Source of the DNA: Octopus bimaculoides
Lineage: Eukaryota
Assembly (NCBI RefSeq): GCF_001194135.2
Contig: NC_068983.1
Coordinates: 109,225,781 to 109,289,780 of the forward strand
DNA: 64,000 nucleotides
Direction of reading: 5' to 3'
Shown: positions 1-11,607 of the stretch, piece by piece
Position numbering within the stretch: the first letter of the stretch is position 1
Layout: each line of letters starts with the position of its first letter
The notes under the pieces: generated by a model
Database searches by the model: none
What the model was told of the DNA's origin: nothing
Seen by the model: only the letters and a program-made list of their open reading frames with translations
Translations under genes and position numbers: made by a program

Positions 1-1192
1 GCCTCGGTTTTATGCACTATAAAAATATGTGTATCTGAAAAATCCTATTTACTGACTGATTATCAATAACTGCATTGTAACTTAGAAACTTCAAAATTAT
101 TGTGCCTCTATTATTATGAAAGTTCCCTCCAATAGAATCCATGCATGCTTTAAAATGATCAACTTACTTCCTTACCAATATATGAGAATATATTTAAATG
201 AACATACTACTTCGCAAAAGTGTCAGCCTCCTCAATCATTCTTTCTTGAGTGATCTTTTCTAGTCAGATCAAGGAACTATTTCATGTTTTACTCAGAAAC
301 AGTGAAAGGCATTAAAAATCTTATACAAAATTCTGTAGCATTAAAATGTGTAATGCACTATTATTAGCTACCAGAAAGTTCCAACTATTTTTAGCTTCTA
401 AAGGAAGCTGAAGATTTTCCTTTTACTGAACTGTGATGATTATATCATAACTTACAACAATACAAGAGAGTATATTATAGAGTAAAATTCTAAATTCTGG
501 TAAAGAACTTACAAATGTATTTGTTATTTCTTCTACAAAAGATGCTAATCATGAAGAAAATTCCTGAGTGAATCAGGCTGTAATAACACGTTTCACAAAG
601 AAATAAGTTATGTGTATCTTTAAATCTTCCAGACCTTATGTAGAATGTCCTTGATTGCATTAACATCATGGAATATCTTGTCAGATAAAAACATCTTTTC
701 AGATAAGAACACTTCAAAATATGTCTACAAAAGATCAATCACAAGATATTGAAATGTCTGAAACATATCCTAAACTGTGCTTAATGGCCATATAAACCAT
801 GCCTGTGTTACTTTCATTGGTTGATTCCAATTTAGTGTTTCTATTCTGACATATCATCATGGTTTTCTTTTAGGATACTATATCCATTATTAATACTTTG
901 TGTGGCTCATACTTTATAATGTACATTCTTAAATTCATTTAATAATATTTCAAACAACTTATACCATATATCTTTATACACCATATTTTTATGGACTCCT
1001 ACTAAGTTTGGGGAACATAATAGCCACTGCAGCACAAAATAAATCTTCCCACATCATTAAATTTGATGTGATAATATGTATAACTGGATAAGTATAAAGT
1101 ACCAATACGACTCCACAGTTCTGAAGTTGGGATTTGTAAAAACTATATAAAAATTTTACAATTAGGACTACTCCCAGTCACCAGTTACGTCA

Positions 1193-1843
1193 AAGGCAGC
1201 TATCCATCCACTTGTGTCAGTCTACAATGATAAGGGTAAGCCTATGCCCTCCAGTGTGAAAATACCAGCTGTTTTCAGGGCTTCTATTCAGCCTGATATA
1301 GTTGGCTTTGTGCATGACTAGATGATGGAAAACACTTGTCATCCCAATGCTGTCTCTTAATATGTGAGTTATCAAACCTCTGCTGAGTCTTGTAGTACCA
1401 GTCGTCTACAAAGATCAATCACACCTTGTACATGCATTCCTCATATACATGGTGGTACTCTCAGATCAGATCAGATCAGGGTGCATTCCGTAACATGTGT
1501 CATGGTGGTCGTATGTTCACTCCTACCAAAGTCTGGAGGTACTGGCATAGAAAGATAAACATCAATCAGAAAAGGTACACTATGCAATCTGCTGTGGCTG
1601 TTAGTGGTATCATTTCCTTGGTTCAATCAAAGGGTCATCAAATTCAAGAGGTTCCTGAGATTCCACAGGTAATCACTGATAAAGTGCTGGAGTACATAAA
1701 GACTAAGGATGTAATTTTGTTGAAGTATTTGAAGGCTTGGAGTGACATCTAAATGGTCTATAAATACAAGCGCTTCATAGTTGGCAAAGGTGAAATGAGA
1801 AATAATCACATGATTAGGCATAAAGGACATGCTCTTATCTGTA
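1193..1843 (+). pseudogene. RPL4: Processed pseudogene of 60S ribosomal protein L4 (N-terminal ~half, intronless, disabled)
   Basis: Conceptual translation (AAG in place of ATG at 1193): [128 protein letters not shown]. This is colinear with eukaryotic uL4 motifs (RPLISVY, PAVFKAPIRPDIV, HQTSAESWGTGR, GAFGNMCRGGRMFAPTK, LKAWNDI, GKGKMRN). In-frame stops, a frameshift at an (AGATC)3 run, and no introns. Confidence 0.95.
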
Positions 1844-2861
1844 TAAAACTTGTATATCTTGAAATCTCTAACATCATAGCAGCAGAATTGCTATATAATT
1901 CATTCCAGTATTCAGTCAATATTATGTAACAAACAGCAGATTGTCAACAACAAATTTCTATGATAAAACAAATATTGTGCAGCAAGAAAATTGCTTTTCT
2001 ATTTGTACAGAGAACATGTTTTCAGATCCAACCAAATATATTTTTGAATAATACTATATAATTTTGTTTGAGTGAAATAGATATCAAGTATTGAAAATAA
2101 TTCTATTACATCTTCTTTCTCCCTGTATTCAGATATGCATCAGATATCTGGCTCATAAGAAATACTTTTCAGACTAGTTTTCACAAACAGAACTAAAGGA
2201 TATATTAGAAATACTGAAAAGTAACCTGAAGTTAATAAAATTGAATTACAGTAAATTGATCAATTAAACCAATGTTTTAATTATGATTAACAATTACTGA
2301 TATAAAATTTGAAATTTTTCTGAGGTTAATTATATAACTTTTGAAAATTTCAGTTGCTCCTTTATGGCCAACCTTTATTCTTCAGAGCATAAATCTGAAC
2401 CTTTCAGTCAGATATATTGAGTAAGAAAGAAGCCAATACTGTTTAGTAACATCGGAAATGATTATAAAGATTTTGGTGACTGAAACAAGATATGAATAAA
2501 GTCTAATGGACTGATTATATTTTCACCTTCTGTTTTACTAATTTTGTATTTTCTTTGTGTTTATCACTGGCTGAAATGATTATAAAAGTGTCAGTAGTGT
2601 TTTTATTAGTATGCATTAAAGTGAGATGATCTAAAACAAAATTAAGTGTGCTTTTAGCTTTTAAGTCATTGAGAATGTATTGTTAGATCCTCAAAATTTC
2701 AAAACTGAATAATTTATCAGGAACCTTCTTCCACTTCACTGGAATGAACAAGATTTTAACAATCAGTGGCATTTTCTAAAATGTATTTTTTATGTTATTT
2801 ATATAAAACAGAATTCAAGTTTTATCAAGAGAAATTGTTTTTGTCCTGCATTACAATACCA

Positions 2862-3155
2862 NNNNNNNNNNNNNNNNNNNNNNNNNNNNNNNNNNNNNNN
2901 NNNNNNNNNNNNNNNNNNNNNNNNNNNNNNNNNNNNNNNNNNNNNNNNNNNNNNNNNNNNNNNNNNNNNNNNNNNNNNNNNNNNNNNNNNNNNNNNNNNN
3001 NNNNNNNNNNNNNNNNNNNNNNNNNNNNNNNNNNNNNNNNNNNNNNNNNNNNNNNNNNNNNNNNNNNNNNNNNNNNNNNNNNNNNNNNNNNNNNNNNNNN
3101 NNNNNNNNNNNNNNNNNNNNNNNNNNNNNNNNNNNNNNNNNNNNNNNNNNNNNNN
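2862..3155. other. Assembly gap (N run) followed by (TA)n/(CA)n microsatellite
   Basis: Run of N seen directly. Confidence 1.
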
Positions 3156-3196
3156 TATATACATACATATATATATATATATATATGTATACGCAT

Positions 3197-3235
<39 letters not shown>

Positions 3236-3281
3236 CATATTTGTGTATATATATATATATACATGCATAGACATACATACA

Positions 3282-3315
<34 letters not shown>

Positions 3316-4029
3316 CATGTGTGTGTGTTCTCTTAATATTTTGCTTCTATCGACGAAGATTCTTACTTCTTCAAACCAGCTTTATTACTGATAAAAAATT
3401 ATTTGATAAAGCAAAACTGAAAGTAATTTTAAAATTGAGATGTAAATAATGACATATCTGTTCATTCTTAATATGTTCTGGCAGATTTGAACATGACTAT
3501 CTGATCACTGTCATTATTATTTATTTCATAGACATGTTCAACAAATAATTTGTTTGTTGATTCCAGTAAACAAGAGCACATGCCCTTGTTAGATTCTCTG
3601 GTTTGGCCATAGAGCAGCTTTAACTGATGTGACACCCAATGAAGTCAAAACATTGCAGTATCTTGGAGTCTCCATACATTAGTAATCTGGAAAAACATGT
3701 GTGTTATGAATGCACATTACTGAAAAGAAGGAGGTATTTTCTGGTGGTGAAAAACAACAACAATCAGATATTTCTGCTTGAATCAACCAGATTGTATTAA
3801 AGGTGAATGGATGTGTTAATGTTTGGCATCTCATAAATTGTCTCTTCGGTGGTATCTGCATGCATTATCAAATAATTTAGTCACACAACACGAGTGAAAC
3901 ACCACTGTATCTTCAAGTCTCCTGACACCAGTCAGTGCAAGGTTTCATAGTTGATGTTCTGCAAACAGAATCCCTTGTTCTTTTTGCTACTGCTCTTCAT
4001 TATCTTCAGTTTCTTTGCTTTTAATATTC

Positions 4030-5120
4030 GTAATTCTTCCATTCATTCAGCTCTAATGTGTGTTTTACAAAATGTAACAAAACTTTTTGCTTCTTGTCAT
4101 TAATCTTATGCCCTTTGTCTTGGCACCCTCTACTGAGTACAGTTCTAGCATGGCTCTGTCACCTTTGGTGTCATTAGGAATTTTAAGGTCATTTTGATAC
4201 CATCTGACACTAGGCAACCTTTCATTAACCCTGCTTTGGCAATTCCCCCCATACTGCGACACAACAAATCACTATTAGTTTCAGGACTATGTCATGTGCA
4301 ATGACTCTTATTATGATTTTTGTGCTTCTTTGCCCCATGTACTAGGGCACATATGTATAGTTAGAGTATATCTGACAGTTGAGCATCTGTTTAGCAGTGT
4401 TCATTTTAAAGTACTGCAGTTAATGCTATAGCCATTGTCTTTTCCAGTCAAGATAATTTCTCCTTATATTGCAAGAACAACTTACCGTTTTACATGAGGT
4501 AAAATATTATCCACTTCAGTTTTTTTATAGGCATAACTTTTCTCCCTGTCCTCTCCTGAGGCAGAAAAATGCCGTTTGGTTTTACAAAGTTGTCTCACTA
4601 ATATGTTTTGTTGAAACAATTATAGACCTAAAAATTCCATTTGCATATTTTGTATGAGTAAATCTTATTTTCATAGCTGCTTCATTATTGGACCATAGTA
4701 TTTGGAATAGACATTGAATATATTTCTCTGGGATTTTGGAAATCCTGTTAGCATCTCTTTATTGAGTTCATCAAGGAAAGGACCTACATCTTCCAGCCAG
4801 AAATACTTCACCTATTTTTTAAGCATTTAGTTGTTCTCATCAATATACAACCTCTTGAATGTTTGACATTAAACTGATCAAATTCCTTCTCCATCTGTAT
4901 ATTGCTTGGCTTCATCTTCCCTAGTTCAGGTAACAACTCAAGCAGGTCTTCGTTATTGGCTGGACATTTTGTAGGAGGGCTGCCTGCCTGTTTGGAATTT
5001 TTGTTTCTTTATTTTCTTTTCTTTCTATATCTTTCTCTCCAACTGTCCTTTTGTTGATGGGGTAGAGCTGTTAGGAGGGCGTGGTTCACCATTTTCTGCC
5101 TCTGTTACTGAACACAAGGT
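4030..5120 (-). mobile_element. Heavily decayed coding-like sequence, possibly a LINE ORF1 (gag-like)
   Basis: Minus strand reads as long stop-broken frames (EDLLELLPELGKM..YFWLEDVGPFLDELNKEML..YVP*YMGQRSTKIII..) ending in a degenerate zinc-knuckle-like piece (KKFCYI..HIRAE*). Family assignment is inference. Confidence 0.35.
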
Positions 5121-5159
5121 GAACAACAACAACAATAATAATAATAATAATAATAATAC

Positions 5160-5315
5160 TATAGGAGCAAGACCTGCAATTTTGCAGGAGGGTAATAGTT
5201 GGGGACTAGGCCTGAGATTTGTGGGGAGGTGGGACTGATTGATTACATCAATGTCAGTGCTTAACTGGTACTTATTTCATCTACTTGGAAAGGATGAAAG
5301 GCAAAGTCAGCCAAC
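5160..5315 (-). mobile_element. SINE family B, 3' part
   Basis: CTGGTACTTATTT..GGATGAAAGGCAAAGT shared with the copies at 56031-56239 and 63510-63696. Confidence 0.7.
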
Positions 5316-5570
5316 TTATAACCTTAACAACAGCAACAACGCCAACAATAATAATAATAATGATGATGGTTACACCTGTAGAGATTCCTGGCAAAAAGTA
5401 GGAGAAAACAATCATTGAGGCAAATATAAACTATATACAATAATAGACAGAACCTAAGAAAATTTGAACCAGATTCTTACAGAAACTGAGATGTACTTCA
5501 ATAGAAAATAAAATGGAAACTTTACAAATCTAGAATAGACAAGATCCAAAGTTTTATCCTGGAAACATGT

Positions 5571-6730
5571 TTAACACTAGAAGTGAGCATCAATTGATGC
5601 ATTTTGAAATCTTAATTGCACACAATTCAAAAACTATTGTAAATTTTGATGTCCAGGTGCTTGATTTTTCATAGTTTTATGATATCTATATACCCTATAA
5701 ATTATAGGTTGTTTGCACCAAGTGTAAAAAAAAAAAAATAATAAACCACCCATAAGGACCACATTCATCAATTGACACATTGGCAACTTTTGAAACTTGC
5801 ACTTGCTTTCTGTATAAAGACATGTGACAATGTTTAAAGTATTCAGTAACTGCATAGCCTTTACAGCTCACAAAACAAAACTGCAGTTTAGTTGGAACAA
5901 TTCATCAGAAAAGAAAGGGATTAGCAGAAGCAGTAAAACAGGCGAAGCCAGTCCACGAAACTGTGGCTTTGAAATCCACAGAGAAACCTACTGTCACACT
6001 TACATTGTATCAGTGCAGAAAACAAAGTCTGTTGTTGTTCTGAGTACCTCATATCAACATGTAGAAGTTCCTTCTGAAATTAATCCCAAGAGGAAGCCTG
6101 ACACCATACGTTTTATAACAAAAATAAAGTAGGCATAGACGTGCTTGACCAAATAGCAAAGCTTTCTTCAATGAAAGCAAGCAGTAGACGATGACCAATG
6201 CATGTTTTTTATAATATTTTGGACATTGCTCTTACAAACAGCTGAGTAATAAACACAAGTGTTTGCAACTCAGTCACTAGTCAATGGGAATATATTCAAA
6301 ATGTTGCTGAAGAACTTTATGGTGATTCACTTTGTAGCTGTTCATGCACTATCAAATGCCCTATTGAAGAAACATCTACCTCTTGAAATAAAGTCAAACG
6401 TACACGTGTGAATACAAAATGCTGAAGCAGAACCACAGAAATGTACAGAGTCTATAAGAAACACATGTGTAGCAAAGATGTGTTAAAACATGACGAATGT
6501 TTACAATTTCAATAAATATCTTTTTACTTTGTCAGGATAAATTTCTTTCAAAATATCAAACTATTGCGACTAATATCAGCATAAAGTCAAATAGATTTAT
6601 ACATTTAATAAAGATTTTCTACCTCTCCTTTTCTTTTCTTTTCTCTTTTCAAATTGAAAAACATCTCTGCATCAATTCACACATTCTTGTCCTTAAAGGT
6701 AGGGGAAAAGTCTAGTCCTTCTAATGTTAA
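5571..6730 (+). mobile_element. Internally deleted piggyBac transposon with both ends and TTAA target sites
   Basis: Left end TTAACACTAGAAG (5571-5583), right end CTTCTAATGTTAA (6718-6730): 12/13 inverted match. Transposase remnants: CDN (~5823), VGTIHQKRKGL, KSVVVLSTSYQH..KRKPDTIRF/YNKNKVGIDVLDQ..SRR*PMHVFYNILDIA, and a degenerate C-terminal Cys-rich region. Confidence 0.9.
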
Positions 6731-6749
6731 ATAACCTAACCATCCTCAA

Positions 6750-6890
6750 TTAATATTCGTTTTGCATGCTGGCATGAGCTGGTATGACAGCATCTGACCA
6801 ACCACAGATTGCGGGGAACATTAATGTAAGCTTTGGCATGGTTTCTTTAAAGGGTGTACTGGGTGCTTCCTTCATGCCATAAATGCTAAG
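6750..6890 (-). mobile_element. RTE-type 3' tail fragment
   Basis: CATGCTGGCATGAGCTGG..TGGCATGGTTTCT..GGGTGCTT resembles the RTE 3' UTR at 35645-35850. Confidence 0.5.
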
Positions 6891-9800
6891 TACTTAATGT
6901 TTTAATACAAAAAATCATGTCTATTTGAAATAAGAAAGGTAAGAAAAAATTGCAATTTTCCTATGAAAGCAGAGAACAATGGATAACCTCTGAAATCATA
7001 AATGTATTACATGAATTCTTTTACCTCCTAAACCTTCCAAAACAAAGGAAAAGAAATAACCTCCAAAATTATAAACCTATCACAAGTTGTCTTACCTTCT
7101 ACAAGAATGTCAATGCTAAATAAGATATATTGTCACTTAAGTACAAATAAAAATAGATGGTTTGCAGATGATATATAACCTTAGCTACTCATAAAAGAGG
7201 ATTAGAAAGGAAATGAAAATCAAGCTTCCAATTTCCTAGGTAGATTACAATAATGGTGTTCCACATTTTTAAATGTTTAAATCAATGATGAGGTAGTTAT
7301 CATAACTGCTCATGTAAGCTTGATTTGTCATGCAGCAAACAAAAATGTTAAGTCGCTAGAAAAAAATTCTAAGACTGAATATCAAAAATTTACATCTGAA
7401 GTAGAAGTTTACATAGATTTGATCTAATAGCTTTTGCATGATTCTTAATTACAAACAGAAAGTGTTTGTAAATTTGGTGGCTTTGCAACTACCTAGGGAA
7501 AAGGGTAAGTAGTTTTAGAATGTCAAAATCAATACCTTTTGTTACAGAAGTGAAACATACTAAAATTAAAAAACAATTGTGGAATGAGTTACATGATGTA
7601 TAACAAAAATAAATTATTTAAGAACGTAGCAAAATGTCCTGAATATATACACGAAAGGCAATAAAGTTAATGGTTAAAAAAGTAATTTTTCAGTTAGTTT
7701 CAGTTTTTAACATCTATTCATATACCTAAGTTATAACAGCTAAGCCAGGCCCCATGTAGCTACAAACAGAATAAATATGAAACTTAAACTTTATTCTCAA
7801 AACAGGAATATGAATTATTTAACACAGCCTTAAAGATTTTCAAAATAGTTATTAAAATGTTCTGTATTAGCAATTAATTGTTTTTTAGAGAGAAAGCTCT
7901 GAAAGAAGGCTTTAAATTTTTACCAGAAAGCTCCATATGCTGATGTTCTCTTCTAGAAGGATTAAACGAAATGTTTTGTGCAACATATAGTTGATAAAAT
8001 AGAGAAGAGATGAAGATGTAAATTATGGTGATGGACTGCTTGCTTTTCATTTGTATGAAACCATTGGAATAATGGTAGATGAAATATGAAAAGGAAATAT
8101 TATTCCTGTGAACAAGTGTGTGCAGTATATAAGTGACTATTCACCAATCAAGTTTTTGCGATTTTTGAGATGTGGTCTAGACATTGAATAAAATGATACT
8201 AGAAATATATGAACTTTAAAATTAATTCTGTAATATGTTTTAAAATTAATAATTTCAAATAAATTATTTTGCAAAACATCAATTCATGGCCCTTTATACT
8301 TATTCAGATTAGAACACCATACAGATATTTAATGATTGCCCTCTTTAACAAATAAGAAAAGCTATCGTAATATTGAATTGCAATTTGAAATGCTCAAAAT
8401 GTAAAGATGTTTTTACAGAACTTACCCTTTAGAACAACCTTTGGAACAATTTATAATGTCTGATATTAACAACAATACTTGACAAAATCAAACAGTATTG
8501 CTATTTCCCTCTTTATTAGATATTATGGTATAAAGCAACATGATTTTATAGATAATTTTGCAGTGTTGAATGAGCAATGATTTTCGATTATCTCATCATT
8601 TGTCTAAACCAATATAGACTTTTCAAACTGAATATTTTACCTCTCAAATTGTAGTGTCTACATTTATATAATTTTATAAAATCCTAAATTGATCAGCTAA
8701 TCTATTTTCCTTATGTTTTGGTTGTCTAATAATGGAAAATATTTATACCCTATATAAATAAAAGAACATTGATCTGAATAGAATAGAACTTGAATACTAT
8801 TAACTAGATTATTTAATTTACTTTCAGACTTAATAGTTTCCTGGGTTTAAAGCAGGCTTAAAATTGCTGACCTCGAAACACCTTGAGCGGAGGTACAAAT
8901 TGATAGATTGTACATAGCCAAAATAATTCTGGCCAGTTGCCAACAAAATAAAATCAGTCGTGGAACATAATAGAATCTGATAAATTTATTTCTCCACATA
9001 AAATATATGCTAAGAAATAGCATAGATAATATACATTTAAAGTAAATAGAAGTGTATTAAATAAATACTAAACATGGCAACTGTTTCTATTTTAGAAAAT
9101 TTAAACACCAAACGATCTGAATATACTAATATTTAAAACTTCTTTTTATCAATATATTTTTTACAATCTTTAAATACTGAAATATTTTGGCGTTAATATA
9201 ATGTAAGATACACATGCCATCAGTTTGTATACAAATTAATTAAAATTTGCTTCATTTCATAGATAGAATGGGATCAACTTACAAAAACAGTGAAGCATGA
9301 ACTATACAAAAATAGATTACTAAGTTCATAAACTTTCAACATCAGATAGTTGATTATATAGCATGAAAATTTATTATTTCACTTCTATTTTCAGGTTTTG
9401 AAGATAATTTCATTAAAATTAAAAACTGAAGTTATGAATCGATATACATGAAATTATTTTAATCTTTAATTTCTCAATGACTGCTATTTACAAGATAAAA
9501 TCTTGAGTGCTGGTGAATATACACAATGGTTCATATTATTTAATTTCACATTTGGTGATTATTATGAAATAGAACTTCAGGTTTAGGACAATGTTGCAAA
9601 GATCTTGAAGACATTGCATCAAATCGTATTACATTCAGTGACCATACCAGACATTGTACAAATGAATGCTTTAATGTCTATTGAAATTTTCTTTTTGGGA
9701 TTACTTTATAGAATATTAAATTCAAAGCAGTGCTATGATGTATTCATGTCCTAATCAATGCATTATTGCTTCTAACACTCTTAACATGACCTACAAAACA

Positions 9801-9974
9801 ATTTCTTTCATTAAAACAGATACTATTCCATTCATAATAAATATTGTCAGTATTGCAAATTAATTTGCTGCCATTTCTAATGCAAAATATTTTAATTAAT
9901 AAATTGTAGATCTCAAATAAATATATACATTTCAAATTATTAAAGATCGATTTTGCATGAGACACGTGTTTTAG

Positions 9975-10630
9975 GGGCAATAAGCACATGTGAAATACAT
10001 TCTCTCAAATTCCCATAAAGCATCCTTAAAAGTAGTTGATAGAGAAGTATTTGATAGCTTCTGCTATCTAGGTGATCTAATTAGCAGTACTTAGTTCTGA
10101 AAGTATAGTAGCCAAGATAAAGTCAGGTTGGAAATGTCCAAGGAGACATTAGCTTTGCTGATTATGAGGGGTTTCTCTCACAGAGTGAAAAGCAGATTGT
10201 ACAATACTTATATATATGAACTGTGATGCTGCATGGTAGTGAGATGTGAACCCTGAACCCAAAAGATTTGTGAAGACTGGAAAAAATGATGTGAACATGT
10301 TGCACTAGATGCGTAATGTTAGTGTGCATGAATAATGGAGTACAAATGACCTGAGAGAAAAGCTGATTATAAGAGGTATCATATGTGGAATATGAAAGAA
10401 AAAACTGCACTGGTACAGGTAATATGATACATATGGGGGATAGCAATTGCACAAAGACGTGCAGGGTGCTTAAAGTTGATAGAACTTGTTGAAGGAAATC
10501 CAGTTAGGCAGTGAATAAAATAATGAAGTCCAATCTTAGAGTGCTGCACCTCACAGAATAGATGACAAATGATCAAACAGATTGGTGATATAAATTTCTG
10601 GGGAATATCCACCCACTTGCATAGCAACAC
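9975..10630 (+). mobile_element. RTE-clade LINE, decayed C-terminal RT region
   Basis: FDSFCYLGDLISS..KIKSGWK..RVKSRLY..TVMLHGSEM*TL..DL*RLEKND..LREKLIIRGI..KLHWY motifs with stops and frameshifts. Confidence 0.85.
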
Positions 10631-10739
10631 AAATGTTAAAAGTATCTAAAACTGGTAGTAATGATGGAGGCTGGGAAACATCTATATATAGGTTTCAAGC
10701 CCAACAGTTCCAGTTAAGTCAACATCTGCCACATACTTT

Positions 10740-11130
10740 CTTTTTTGATAACCCTCCTCTGTCTATTACTCATCTCTTTGTCTCCCACTCTCTCTTTTAT
10801 CCAATGTACTATACTACTAGTGTAACGAAGGCCAGTTGTGTAACTAAGAATGACTTTAACCCCTTCCAACTTATCTACCATTCTGGTGCTTACTTTCTCT
10901 CTCTTCTGTTCACTAAATCAAGAGATGTTATTATACTTATCTGCATCCATCCTTATCATTCTTCTATCAGACCTGTGTATGAAGAATTTGCACTGGATCT
11001 GTTTGCCCTCAACATTCTCTTCCAGCATTTAATCTTACCCTTCTAACAACTATCCAACATTGCTTTCTACCAGCATACATTTGCTCCTTCAAGCCACCTA
11101 TTCTGACTCTTCTGTCATCAACTTCTCTAC
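10740..11130 (-). mobile_element. Possible decayed RTE endonuclease-region fragment
   Basis: Strong pyrimidine bias on the + strand; minus frame ..LEENVEG..HRSDRRMIRM.. loosely resembles APE domains. Confidence 0.35.
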
Positions 11131-11371
11131 GTACTATTCATGTTCTTGGTCGATGCTTTGAGGGAATGTAAACATATTGAAGTAGTGAGGAATTTTCATT
11201 CTTACATAAGACAACCTCACTGGAGTTAGTATCATGATAAAATGTACCCATTTCATTCTGTAAAATAGTTGGTGATAGAAAGAGCACCCAGCCATGGAAA
11301 ATAAGCTAAAAATGAAGCATGTGAGTGAGATGTGATCCACTGAACGATCTAGGATATACTAACACTAAATA

Positions 11372-11607
11372 ACAATTGTGAAGCGATGGTCGGGGACAAA
11401 CACAGATACCAACACACACATAGATACATATAAATATATATACATATACGACGTTCTTCTTTCAGTTTCTGTCTACCAAATCCACTCACAAGGCTTTGGT
11501 TAGCCTAAGGCTATATTAGAAGAGTCTTGTCCAAGGTGCCATACAGTGAGACTGAACCCAGAACTATGTGACTGGGAAGAAAATTTCTTACTACACAACC
11601 ACGTTCA
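11372..11607 (-). mobile_element. tRNA-derived SINE family A (head plus central microsatellite)
   Basis: AAATCCACTCACAAGGCTTTGGT and CTTTCAGTTTCTGTCT shared with 56670-57093. Confidence 0.9.

Noticed and set aside
630-720. Minus-strand exon candidate TYFEVFLSEKMFLSDKIFHDVNAIKDILHK
   Set aside because: The acceptor is plausible but the donor (AAG|GTCTGG) is weak and no family is recognised.
2766-3449. Long ORFs in the track spanning N runs (also 20700-21339, 26253-26732, 27252-27879)
   Set aside because: Artefacts: N codons read as X and the flanks are dinucleotide repeats. Only the mariner part of 27252-27363 is meaningful.
7096-7480. Minus-strand splice-like signals
   Set aside because: All frames between acceptor and donor contain stops.
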